A DNA stretch of 64,000 nucleotides from NCBI GenBank assembly GCA_963833195.1, contig CAWHXF010000014.1, forward strand, positions 32,825-96,824, read 5' to 3'. Both the position numbers and the translations under genes were made by a program. The notes beneath the pieces were generated by a model, which saw only the letters and a list, made by a program, of their open reading frames with translations, searched no databases and was not told where the DNA came from. This DNA is from an uncultured Gammaproteobacteria bacterium (GTDB taxonomy: Bacteria; Pseudomonadota; Gammaproteobacteria; Granulosicoccales; Granulosicoccaceae). Positions 9,710 through 19,323 of this stretch are shown here, one piece after another (the stretch's first letter is position 1; every line of letters begins with the position of its first letter).

Positions 9710-11230
9710 ATGACGACAGCACGCAGGCCCCTGCTCACGGCGCTGGGCGCCCTGACGCTCGCGGCGCCGGTACTGGCCACGGCGCAGGACGACGCGCCGC
9801 CGAGCACGCCGGACGGCCTCGCCGCGACCGCCTACGGCCGCACCGCCGGCCAAGTCCAGTGGCAACGCTCCACCGACGATCGCGGCGCGGTGCCCGGCTA
9901 CGAGATCGTGCGCGACGGCGTCGTGCTCGCGGAGCGGGCCGACACGCTCAGCATCGTCGAGCAGGATCTCGAGCCCGGCACGAGCTACGTCTACGGCATC
10001 ACCGCCATCGATAATGCCGGGCAGCGATCTGACACCGCCACCGTCGAGCTCGTCACGCGAGGCGACACGGACGCCGCTCCCGGACCCGATGCCCCTTCCG
10101 ATCTCGACTCGCAAGTCTACTCGCGCACCGCGGCGGAGCTCTTCTGGGCACGCCCGTCGACGTTCGGCCTGAGCTACGAGGTCAGTCGCGACGGCGCATC
10201 GGTCAGGACGACCGACGGCACGAGCTTCTTCGACGACTCGCTCGAAGGCGGCACCACCTACACCTTCGACGTGGTCGCGATCGATGCCGAAGGACGGCGC
10301 TCGAATCCTTCCACCGTGATGCTGACCACGCGCGGCGATGCCGCTGCAGGCGGTGGCACCGACATGGGTGGCGATACCGACACGGGTGACGATACCGACA
10401 TGGGCGGCGATGTCGACACGGGTGGCGACACCGACACCGGCGGCGACCAGGACGGCGGCGACGTCACGCGGGTCGGCCTGATCAGGGTGAGCCAGCCGGA
10501 TCTGCCCGACGATGACGGCGATGACGGCGACGTCTTCGGCGCCTTCGCGAGCCTTGCGGGCGCGTTGCCGTTCGATGGGCTGACGGCATCGCTCCGGCCC
10601 GCCGGCGATACCTGCACCTTCGATTCCGACGACGACGACGCGTTCGACGAGGACGCCTTCCAGGGCTCGTTCCCGAACGGCGCCGGCGGCCGGCCGTTCG
10701 ACTACGTCAGCGCCGGCGACTCGCTCGTCTTCACCAGCCCCGCCGGCACGTGGCTGACGCTGCCGCGCGTCGACGAGCCGGGGTTCACGGGCTACGTGCC
10801 CCGCTCGCGCCCCCTGCCGACGCCCTATCCGTCCGGGCTGGTCGTCGACGTGCCGGGGGACGACTTCCCCGCGTTCTCCAGCGTCGCCGTCGGCGACGTC
10901 CAGACGCTCGTCGTGCAGGTGCCGGACGGCGACGACGACATCGCCAGGAACCAGACGTTCCGCTGGGAGGCGGGCTCGGACGATCGCGCACGCGTTTCGA
11001 TCGAGCTGGAGTTCGAGGCGGAGTTCGACGATTCGGACACCGACGACATCGAGCTCGAGGTCACGTGCTCGGCCATCGACGACGGCGAGTTCACGTTGCC
11101 GCAGGACGTGCTGGACCGGATCCCGGACGGCGTGACCGCCTCGCTCGACATGACGCGAGAGGCGCTCACCGTCGAGCGCCAGGACGATGCGGTGCTGTTC
11201 GTGAAGAACGAGGCGGCCGGAGGCCGCTGA
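9710..11230 (+). CDS. Secreted protein: two fibronectin type III domains, G/D/T-rich linker, acidic C-terminal domain
   Basis: Signal peptide (..LATA-Q). Two Fn3-like repeats (W..STDD..V.GY, L..GTSYVY.I.A.D..G.RS). Ends VKNEAAGGR. Confidence 0.78.
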   Translation: MTTARRPLLTALGALTLAAPVLATAQDDAPPSTPDGLAATAYGRTAGQVQWQRSTDDRGAVPGYEIVRDGVVLAERADTLSIVEQDLEPGTSYVYGITAIDNAGQRSDTATVELVTRGDTDAAPGPDAPSDLDSQVYSRTAAELFWARPSTFGLSYEVSRDGASVRTTDGTSFFDDSLEGGTTYTFDVVAIDAEGRRSNPSTVMLTTRGDAAAGGGTDMGGDTDTGDDTDMGGDVDTGGDTDTGGDQDGGDVTRVGLIRVSQPDLPDDDGDDGDVFGAFASLAGALPFDGLTASLRPAGDTCTFDSDDDDAFDEDAFQGSFPNGAGGRPFDYVSAGDSLVFTSPAGTWLTLPRVDEPGFTGYVPRSRPLPTPYPSGLVVDVPGDDFPAFSSVAVGDVQTLVVQVPDGDDDIARNQTFRWEAGSDDRARVSIELEFEAEFDDSDTDDIELEVTCSAIDDGEFTLPQDVLDRIPDGVTASLDMTREALTVERQDDAVLFVKNEAAGGR

Positions 11231-11417
11231 CCGGGCGGGCCCGGGACGGGTCCCGCGACGCGGACCCACGGCGAGGACGCGGCCCAGACCCCGAAGCCGA
11301 GCTCCGCCACCGCGCAGCCCAGCGCGCACGCGCAAAGCCGCAGCACCTGCGCCGGGCTGGACCCCGTGACGAAGTCGGGAACGCCGCGTCCCGCGGATGA
11401 ACGGACGCGGCAGGCGT

Positions 11418-12362
11418 CTACGCCGCGGACGCCGGCGCCATGGGCGTCCGGGTCGCGACCTCGCCCGCGTGCTCCACCAGCAGGTCCACGAACGCCCGCA
11501 CGGCCGGAATCTCGGTGCGCCGCGGCGGGAAGCTCGCGTACACCTCCATCTCGTGACACGCGAAGCCGGGCAGCAGGCGCACGAGACCCGTGCCGTCGTC
11601 GTTCGCCTCGACGAAGAGGTGCGACAGCAGGGCCATGCCGAAGCCGTTGCGCACGATGCCGAGCACGACGCTCGCGTCCTGTGCCGTGGCGGCGACGGGA
11701 CCGTCGATGCGCAGCACCGCCCCGTCGGGGCCGGCGAGCGTCCAGCCATCCGACCGATCGGCACCGTCGACGATCACGCGGGGCAAGCAGGCCACCACGT
11801 CCTTGTCGTCGACGTGCGATGCGTCGCACAGCGAGGGCGCCGCGTAGAGCCTGCGCTCGAGCGACAGCACGCGACGCGACACGAGACTCGTATCCACCGG
11901 CCGACCGAGGGTCAGCACGACGTCCAGGTCGTCGTCGAAGGGGCGCGGCTCGCCGGACACGAGGCGCAGGGATGCCGTGACCCCGGGCCACCGGCGTTGC
12001 AGCCGCGCGATGGCCGGGGCGGCCATCACGAGGTTCGTGTGCACGTTCGAGCCGATGCGCAACGGCCCGTGCGGCTCGCCGGGTTCGGCGAGCAGCGTGC
12101 GCTCGGTCTCGCGCGACACGCGGCGCGCGTCCTCGGCGCGCGCCACCAGCCGCTCGCCGAACGGCGTGAGGCTCAGCCCCCGCCCGATGCGGTCGAACAG
12201 CGCGAGACCCGAGGCGTCCTCCAGGCGGGCCACGGCGCGCGACAGGCTCGTCTTCGGCACCCCGTGGCGGCGCGACGCGGAGGCGATGCCGCCCGCCTCG
12301 GCGATCATGCCGAAGTGCAGCAGGTCATCGAGGCCGTAGCGGCAGGGATCGTTGCTGCTCAT
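11418..12362 (-). CDS. LysR-family transcriptional regulator
   Basis: N-terminal HTH (ASASRRHGVPKTSLSRAVARLE, LFDR, LTPFG). Overlaps the RND gene stop. Confidence 0.9.
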   Translation of the reverse strand: MSSNDPCRYGLDDLLHFGMIAEAGGIASASRRHGVPKTSLSRAVARLEDASGLALFDRIGRGLSLTPFGERLVARAEDARRVSRETERTLLAEPGEPHGPLRIGSNVHTNLVMAAPAIARLQRRWPGVTASLRLVSGEPRPFDDDLDVVLTLGRPVDTSLVSRRVLSLERRLYAAPSLCDASHVDDKDVVACLPRVIVDGADRSDGWTLAGPDGAVLRIDGPVAATAQDASVVLGIVRNGFGMALLSHLFVEANDDGTGLVRLLPGFACHEMEVYASFPPRRTEIPAVRAFVDLLVEHAGEVATRTPMAPASAA

Positions 12363-15300
12363 GCTCGTCGCACCTCGGTGAGGATGGGTGCCCGCGAGGT
12401 TCCGACGGCCGTGCCGTCACCGCCGCCGCGCCGCGCTCGTCCGTCGCCGTCCGGCGCAGGGTTCTCCTCGTGTCGCGCCCCGCCCAGCCAGCGTCGCACC
12501 AGCAGGTACAGCACGGGCACGAAGAAGATGCCTAAGACGGTCGCCGTGAGCATGCCGCCGAACACGCCCGTGCCGACGGCGATGCGGCTGGCCGCGCCCG
12601 CACCCGAGGCGATCAGCAGCGGCACCATGCCGGCCATGAACGCGAGGGACGTCATCAGGATCGGCCGCAGGCGCTCGCGCGCCGCGCCGACCGTCGCCTC
12701 CACGAGCGACTCGCCGCGTTTCTCTCGATCGATGGCGAACTCCACGATCAGGATCGCGTTCTTCGCGGCGAGGCCGATGATGGTGATGAGCCCGACGTTG
12801 AAGTAGACGTCCGCCGACAGCCCGCGAGCCATCGTGAACAGCACCGAACCGAGCACGCCGAGCGGCACGACCAGCAGGACCGACAGCGGCACCGTCCAGC
12901 TCTCGTAGAGCGCGGCCAGCACGAGGAACACGACGACGGCGGAGAGCCCGAGCAGCGCCCCGACCTGCCCCGCCGACTGCACCTCCTGGTAGCTGATGCC
13001 CGTCCACTCGAAACCGATGCCCTCGCCGAGATCGCTCGCGAGCTCGGCCATCGTGTCGAGCGCGGCGCCCGAGGCGACGCCCGGCGCCGCCGAGCCCGCG
13101 ATCGTGTAGGCCGGGTAGCCGTTGTAGCGGTCGAGCTGCGGCGGCGCGGCCGTCCAGCTCGCCGAGGCGAACGCGCTGTAGGGCACGAGCTCGCCGTTCG
13201 CGTTCGGCAGCCGCACGGCGAGGATGTCCTCGGGCGTGGCGCGGTCCTCCGGGCGCGCCTGCGCGAGCACCTGGTAGACCTGACCGTCGCGCGAGAAGTC
13301 GTTGACGTAGGCCGAACCGAAGAGCACGGACAGGCCCGCGTTCACGTCGTCCATCGACAGCCCGAGCGTGGCGGCGCGCGTGCGATCGATGTCCATGCGC
13401 AGAACCGGGGCCGCCGCCTGGCCTTCCGGTCGCACGCCGACGAGCGTCGGCTCGCCGGCCGCCGCGCCGAGCAACTGTCCGCGCGCGGCCGCGAGCGCCT
13501 CGCGGCCGACGCCGCCGCGATCCTCGAGCTTCATCGAGAAGCCGCTGGCGTTGCCGAGCTGCGCGATCGGCGGCGGCGTGATGACGATCACCGTCGCGTC
13601 GCCGTTGCTCGCGAACGCGCCGTTCGCGGCACCGACGAGGCTCTCGGCATCGCTGCCGTCGCCCTCGCGCTCGTCCCAGGGGGCGAAGCTCGAGAACACC
13701 ATGGCCGCGCTCTGACCTTGGCCGAAGAAGCTGAAGCCGCGGATCGCGATGGTGTCGTCGACCTCCGGCCGTGCGGCCCAGAAGTCCTCGACGGCCGTGA
13801 CCACCTCGCCGGTGCGCGCCTCGGTCGCGCCGGGCGGTGCCGCGATGGCCGTGATGGCGTAGCCCTGGTCCTCGGTCGGCAGGAAGCCTCCGGGAAGGGA
13901 CGTGAACAGGTAGAACGTCAGGGCGCAGAGCGCGGCGAAGACCGCGAACGCCGCCAGCGACACGCGCAGCAGCTTGCCGACGATCACGGAGTAGCCGTGC
14001 GTGACGCGCGCGAAGCCGCGGTTGAACGCGCCCGAGAAGCGCTTGAAGGGATTGCGCCCGGATCGCCGCCCGGCCCCCTGGCGTACGGCGCCCTTTCGCT
14101 CGGCGTCGCGTCGCTCGGCGCGCTGCTCGGCCTCCCCGGGGTCCGCCTCGCGCCCTTCTTCGTGCGGCTTCAGCAGCGTGGCGCACATCGCCGGGGTCAG
14201 TGACAGCGCGAGGAAGGCCGACACCGCGATGGAGATCGCGAGCGTGACCGAGAACTGGCGGTAGATGCCGCCCGTGGAACCCGGGAAGAAGGCCATCGGC
14301 AGGAACACGGCGACGAGCACCAGCGTGACGCCGATGATGGCGCCGGAGATCTCGTCCATCGCCTTGCGCGTGGCCGCGACGGGCGACAGGTGCTCTTCGC
14401 TCATGAGCCGCTCGACGTTCTCGATGACGATGATGGCGTCGTCGACGAGGATGCCGATGGCGAGCACCATCGCGAACAGCGACAGCACGTTGATGGAGAA
14501 GCCGAACGCGAGCAGCCCGAGACAGGCCCCGGCGAGCGCGATGGGCACCACCAGCAACGGGATCAACGTCGCGCGCAGGTTCTGCAGGAAGAGCAGGATG
14601 ACGAGCGAGACCAGCACCATCGCCTCGATCAGCGTGCGCACGACCTCGTCGACCGACGTCTGCACGAACGGGGTGGTGTCGAACGGCACGGACCACACGA
14701 TGTCCGACGGGAAGCTCCCCTCGAGCTCGTCCATGCGGGACTTCACCCCTTCGGCCGTCGCGAGCGCGTTGGCGCCGCTCGTCAGCTGCACGGCGACGCC
14801 CGCCATCGGGTCGCCGTCGAGGCTCGCCGACGTCGCGTAGCTCTGGGCGCCGAGCTCGACGCGCGCCACGTCGCCGAGACGGATGGCACCGCCGTCGCCG
14901 TTCGTGCGCAGGATGATGTTCTCGAACTCGTCCACCGTCGTGAAGCGCCCCGACGTCACGATGGTGGCGTTCAGGCGCGTGGCGTCGGTCGAGGGCAGCG
15001 CGCCGATCGAGCCGCCGGCGGAGTCGCTGTTCTGCGTGCGGATGGTGGCGAGCACCGCCGCCGGGGACAGCCCGTAGGCCGCGAGTCGGTCGGGGTCGAG
15101 CCACACGCGCATCGCGTACTCGGAGCCGAACACCTGGACGTCGCCCACGCCCGCGACGCGCCGCAGCTCGTCGGCGACGGTCGTGGAGGCGTAGTTCCCG
15201 AGGGCGAGCTCGCTCGTGGCTCCGGTTTCCGAGGTGAGCGCCACGATCATCAGGAACCCGCTCGACGCCTGGCGCACCTGCACGCCCTGTCGCCGCACCG

Positions 15301-15661
15301 ATTCGGGCAGGCGCGCCTCGACGGCGCTCAGCCGGTTCTGCACCGAGGTCTGCGCGAGATCGATGTCGGTGCCCGTCTCGAAGGTGAGCGTGAGCGAGGC
15401 GGTGCCGTTGGAGAGGCTGCTCGCCGACATGTAGAGCAGGTCGTCGACGCCGTTCATCTGCTCCTCGATGATCTGCGTCACGCCGCGCTCGATCGTCACG
15501 GCGTCGGCGCCCGGGTACACCGCGCTGATGGTGAGCGACGGCGGCGCCACCTGCGGGTACTGCTCGACGGGCAGCGCGCGCAGCGCGAGCACGCCCGCCA
15601 GCACGATGCCGATGGCGATGACCCAGGCGAAGACGGGCCGGTCGATGAAGAAGCGCGCCAC
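12359..15661 (-). CDS. RND multidrug efflux permease (AcrB/MexB family)
   Basis: MARFFIDRPVFAWVIAI, GILVDDAIIVIENVER, AKNAILIVEF, RLRPILMTS. Confidence 0.95.
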   Translation of the reverse strand: MARFFIDRPVFAWVIAIGIVLAGVLALRALPVEQYPQVAPPSLTISAVYPGADAVTIERGVTQIIEEQMNGVDDLLYMSASSLSNGTASLTLTFETGTDIDLAQTSVQNRLSAVEARLPESVRRQGVQVRQASSGFLMIVALTSETGATSELALGNYASTTVADELRRVAGVGDVQVFGSEYAMRVWLDPDRLAAYGLSPAAVLATIRTQNSDSAGGSIGALPSTDATRLNATIVTSGRFTTVDEFENIILRTNGDGGAIRLGDVARVELGAQSYATSASLDGDPMAGVAVQLTSGANALATAEGVKSRMDELEGSFPSDIVWSVPFDTTPFVQTSVDEVVRTLIEAMVLVSLVILLFLQNLRATLIPLLVVPIALAGACLGLLAFGFSINVLSLFAMVLAIGILVDDAIIVIENVERLMSEEHLSPVAATRKAMDEISGAIIGVTLVLVAVFLPMAFFPGSTGGIYRQFSVTLAISIAVSAFLALSLTPAMCATLLKPHEEGREADPGEAEQRAERRDAERKGAVRQGAGRRSGRNPFKRFSGAFNRGFARVTHGYSVIVGKLLRVSLAAFAVFAALCALTFYLFTSLPGGFLPTEDQGYAITAIAAPPGATEARTGEVVTAVEDFWAARPEVDDTIAIRGFSFFGQGQSAAMVFSSFAPWDEREGDGSDAESLVGAANGAFASNGDATVIVITPPPIAQLGNASGFSMKLEDRGGVGREALAAARGQLLGAAAGEPTLVGVRPEGQAAAPVLRMDIDRTRAATLGLSMDDVNAGLSVLFGSAYVNDFSRDGQVYQVLAQARPEDRATPEDILAVRLPNANGELVPYSAFASASWTAAPPQLDRYNGYPAYTIAGSAAPGVASGAALDTMAELASDLGEGIGFEWTGISYQEVQSAGQVGALLGLSAVVVFLVLAALYESWTVPLSVLLVVPLGVLGSVLFTMARGLSADVYFNVGLITIIGLAAKNAILIVEFAIDREKRGESLVEATVGAARERLRPILMTSLAFMAGMVPLLIASGAGAASRIAVGTGVFGGMLTATVLGIFFVPVLYLLVRRWLGGARHEENPAPDGDGRARRGGGDGTAVGTSRAPILTEVRRA

Positions 15662-15663
15662 GC

Positions 15664-16857
15664 TCAGCGCTCCGCGGCCGGGGCGTCGCCGGTACCGGCG
15701 GTCGCGCCCCCTTCGGCGGGCTCCAGGCGCGCGAGGCGCACGGGCGCGCCGTCGGCGAGCCGCTGCAGGTGATCGAGCACCACCTCGTCGCCGGCCTCGA
15801 GCCCCGAGCGGACGATCCAGCCGCCGTCGACCATCGGTCCGAGCTCGACGGGCCGACGCACCGCCGTGCCGTCCGCCGCGAGCATGACGGCCGCCGAGTC
15901 CGCGCCGAGCAGCACCGCGGGCTGCGGCACGACGAGCGCGTCCGGGCGCTCGCCCGCGAGCACGACGGTATCGACGAGCTGGCCGGGCAGCAGCAGCCCG
16001 TCGGGGTTCGGGAACACCGCGCGCAGCGACACCGTGCCCGTCTCCTCGTCGACGCTCTGGTCGAGGAAGTCGATGCGGCCGGTGATGCCGAGCGGCTCGC
16101 CGTCATCGCCGACAAGCTCGACGGCGACGGCGTTCGGATCAGCGAGCTCGATGTCCCCCGCCACGATCTGCGCGCGGATCGCGAGCAGGTCCGTGGCGCT
16201 CTCGGCGAGGTTCACGTACACGCGATCGGTCCGGCGCAGCGTCACCAGCAGCGTGCCTTCGGCCGCGCTGACGAGCGAGCCTTCGCGCACCTGCGCCCGG
16301 CCCGCACGGCCCGCGATCGGCGCGCGCACCTCGGCGAAGCCGAGCGCGATGCGCGCGGCCCGCAGCGCCGCCTCGGCCTGCACCACCGCGGCCTCGGTCG
16401 ACTGCGCCGCCTCCAGCGAGGCGTCGTAGTCCTGCTGGCTGATCGCGTTCTGGCCGATCAGCCGCTCGGAGCGATCCGCGACGCTGCGCGCGTTGTCCGC
16501 CGCCGACCGCGCGCTCTGGAGCCGCGCCTCGGCCTGATCGGCTTCGGCCTGCACGGTGCGCGGGTCGATGCGGAACAGCACGTCTCTCTCGCGCACGTCG
16601 CTGCCCTCCTCGTACACGACCTCCTCGACGAGGCCGTCGGTACGCGCGCGCACCTCGCTGGTGCGAAAGGGCTCGACCCGGCCGATCAGCTCGACGCGGT
16701 TGGCAACCGATTGCGGCTCGACGACGAGCGTGCGCACGACGGGTGGCGGCGGCGCGAGGGGCGGCGCGGGATCGGCCTCCCCGTCGCAGCCGACGAGCAG
16801 CACGAGCGCCAACGGCGCGGCGAGACGCATCGATCGCACGACCGGTTCGATCGACAT
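15664..16857 (-). CDS. RND periplasmic adaptor (AcrA/MexA family)
   Basis: LVGC lipobox, EVRARTDG, VRAPIAG, VDEETGTVSLRAVFPNPDGLLLPG. Confidence 0.93.
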   Translation of the reverse strand: MSIEPVVRSMRLAAPLALVLLVGCDGEADPAPPLAPPPPVVRTLVVEPQSVANRVELIGRVEPFRTSEVRARTDGLVEEVVYEEGSDVRERDVLFRIDPRTVQAEADQAEARLQSARSAADNARSVADRSERLIGQNAISQQDYDASLEAAQSTEAAVVQAEAALRAARIALGFAEVRAPIAGRAGRAQVREGSLVSAAEGTLLVTLRRTDRVYVNLAESATDLLAIRAQIVAGDIELADPNAVAVELVGDDGEPLGITGRIDFLDQSVDEETGTVSLRAVFPNPDGLLLPGQLVDTVVLAGERPDALVVPQPAVLLGADSAAVMLAADGTAVRRPVELGPMVDGGWIVRSGLEAGDEVVLDHLQRLADGAPVRLARLEPAEGGATAGTGDAPAAER

Positions 16858-17289
16858 GCTGAGCGACCCTCGGAACGGGGAGTGCAGGCACACTCTCTGG
16901 CATCCGGGCGTGCAGGACGGGCGCGGGTCGTCGTAGGGACGTCCGGTGCGGCGAAGGTCTTGCACCGACGCCATCGGTGCTCGCCGCACCCACGTGATAC
17001 TACCGATCCGGATCACCGGGTTGCCTTGCCATTGCGGGAAAACGCGCTCGATCGCGAGGAAGTTCGTTACATAAGGATCAGATTGCGTCGCAGCATGTCG
17101 ACGCGACGGGTGAGGTATCGCGCCGTTCCCCGCCGACCTCGCGCTCCGGCAGCACGCCCACCGCCCCGGAGTTGCCGGTATCCGCGTTTCGCCAATTCAT
17201 CACGTCCCCTTCGGCGTCCGCGTCCAGCGCGCGTTCGGCCGCGCGCCGGACCCGGCCCCGCCGTCGGTCACCGCGGCCTCGAGGCCGCG

Positions 17290-17607
17290 ATGAACGGCCA
17301 GGCGTTCAAGACCACCCTCTCCGCGATCGCCGCCGTCGCGCCGGCGCTGCTGGCCTAGCAGCTCGCGTTCGTGCTGCTGGTGGCGTTCGCGGGCGTGCTG
17401 CTGGCGGTGCTGCTGCGCCACTGCGCGCTCGGGCTGGCGCGCCACACGCCGCTGGCCGTCGGCGCGGCGATCGCGGTTGTGGTCCCCGCGCTGCTCGGCA
17501 CCTTCAGTCCCTTCCTCGCCGCCGAAGGCCCGCGCATCGTTGCGGAGCTCGCGAAGCTCGCACGGAGCCTGCCGGACGCGGTCGACGCCGTGCAGGAGGC
17601 GCTGTCG
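17290..17607 (+). pseudogene. 5' fragment of an AI-2E-like membrane transporter
   Basis: VLLVAFAGVLLAVLLR...LPDAV. In-frame TAG at 17356-17358; truncated against the cti relic. Confidence 0.5.
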
Positions 17608-18398
17608 ACGGTTGAAGAAGCGTTCCCACGCATCCACGCTAGCGGCGAACTCCGGATTGAGGCGCGCGGTGGGCCCGAACGGGGCGCCCACGTCCAGCTA
17701 GCGGTACAGCACGTAATGCTCCTCCGCGGTCAGCGCTGGCAGGCCATAGGGCCCCCTCCTCGGGGCGCATCGCCGCGTAGGCGTCAAATTCCCTCGGCGT
17801 CGGACACGGGTTCGCACGATCTAAGCCTATAAGCCTACGGAGAACGCGTCGGGCAGCGGCCCGCTTTCGGGCATGGGATGGCGCTCCTTGAGCTCCAGGT
17901 AGCGGCGCAGCAGCCCCGGCGCGACGCCGTCCCCGCGCTCCTCGTCCAGCACGGGGAAGAACCCCGGTCGCGCCAGCCCGCGGTGTCGCTCGCGTCGACG
18001 AACAGCCGCGTGGGATCCGCTGCGACGAGCCGGGTGGACTGACACACGCGCGCCTTGGCGGCGCCGCGATCGATGCCTTCGGGCGCGGTGGCCTTGAGCG
18101 GACACGGCGCGTCGTAGCCGGCGTGGCAGGCCACGCATTGCGCGTCGAGAACGGGCTTGACGTGCGCCTGGAAACCGATATCGGCCGAGCCGGCCCGCGC
18201 GGTGGTCGTGACGGGAACGAAGGCGGCCTCGTTCCAGGCACTCGCGACGGCGCACGCCGCGAGCGCGGCCGCGACCACCGCGAGCGTCGCACCAACGGGC
18301 AGCCGGGTCCGAGGCCGGTCGATGCGTCGCCGGTGCCCCTCGTCCCCGCGGCTCAATGCAGGTTCACCCGCAGCCACGCGCGCCCGGACAGCGCGCAA
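17608..18398 (-). pseudogene. cti: 5' relic of a second fatty-acid cis/trans isomerase
   Basis: CVACHAGYDAPCPLK, DPTRLFVDA, CPTPREFDAYA, PYGLPAL and WERFFNR match 22901-25273. Contains stops and frameshifts; truncated. Confidence 0.85.
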
Positions 18399-18565
18399 CC
18401 GCGATGTCTACGCACGAACGCGTCGGCGAGCCACGCGGCCTACTGGGTCGCGCTGTGCGCGCGCTGCGGGACAGCGGCGCCCCACCGATGACGATGCGGG
18501 CATGTCGGCGGGCGGCGGAGCGATCGGATGCCGAAGAGTTAATGCAAGGACGATGTCCTCATACC

Positions 18566-18611
18566 CGGTGCGCGGACAGTCGACATCCTGGAACGCATCG
18601 ATCCGTCCGCG
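18566..18611 (+). repeat. Copy 4 of dispersed element
   Basis: GGAACGCATCGATCCGTCCGCG at 18590-18611. 5' arm CGGTGCG (18566-18572) pairs with CGCATCG through one G-U. Confidence 0.85.
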
Positions 18612-18673
18612 AAACGATCCGGCCTCGACTCGCCTGTCAGGCTTGCATCATCGCGAACCAGAGGACCACGGCG

Positions 18674-18874
18674 ATGAACTCCGACACGATGAAAGGCAAC
18701 TGGAAGCAGCTCAAGGGCAAGGCCAAGGCCAAGTGGGGCGAGATCACCGACGACGAGCTCGACCGGATCGACGGGGACCGCGAGCTGCTCGAGGGCAAGA
18801 TCCAGGAGAAGTACGGCAGGACGAAGGAAGAGGCCAGGCGCGAAGTGGATCAAGAGAGCGCGAACTGGGATTGA
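18674..18874 (+). CDS. CsbD/YjbJ-family stress protein
   Basis: MNSDTMKGNWKQLKGKAKAKWGEITDDEL...LEGKIQEKYG; GAGGA RBS. Confidence 0.93.
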   Translation: MNSDTMKGNWKQLKGKAKAKWGEITDDELDRIDGDRELLEGKIQEKYGRTKEEARREVDQESANWD

Positions 18875-18962
18875 TCTCGGCGCGTCGCGAGGCGCCCCCT
18901 CCTTCAACGCACGGCCGCCCCGCTCCGGGCGTCCCGACGCAACCACCGACGGAAGAGCACGC

Positions 18963-19295
18963 ATGAATCGATCGATCTGCACGACGGCGACCGCAAGCGC
19001 GCTGGCCTTTGCGCTGGTACTCGGTGCCGGCGCCTGCTCGCCCACCCCCACGCGCGAGAGCGCGGGCGAGTACGCGGACGCCACCGTGCTGACCACCAAG
19101 GTCAAGGCCACGCTCGCCAGGGACGAGGGCTTCGGCAGCCTCGTGGACGTGCAGGTCGAGACCTTCCGCGACACCGTGCAGCTGAGCGGCTTCGTCGACA
19201 GCGAGGCGGATCGTCAGCTCGCCGAGCAGGTCGCGCGCAACGTGAACGGCGTGAGCAGCGTGCAGAACTCGATCGCGCTCAAACCGCAGAGCTGA
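18963..19295 (+). CDS. BON-domain lipoprotein
   Basis: AGAC lipobox; DATVLTTKVKATL, VQLSGFVDS, GVSSVQNSI. Confidence 0.9.
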   Translation: MNRSICTTATASALAFALVLGAGACSPTPTRESAGEYADATVLTTKVKATLARDEGFGSLVDVQVETFRDTVQLSGFVDSEADRQLAEQVARNVNGVSSVQNSIALKPQS

Positions 19296-19323
19296 TCGGT
19301 CGAGCACTCGAGGAGCAAGACGA

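Noticed and set aside
11378-11400. GGAACGCCGCGTCCCGCGGAT, and ACGCATCGTCCGCG near 22777, as extra copies of the element
   Set aside because: Both need internal deletions to align and could arise by chance in about 70% GC DNA.
2040-18611. Dispersed GGAAC element as an EcfG/ECF sigma promoter or a CRISPR repeat
   Set aside because: No CGTT-type -10 at 16-17 nt, and the would-be spacer is fully conserved. Copies are kilobases apart and there are no cas genes.
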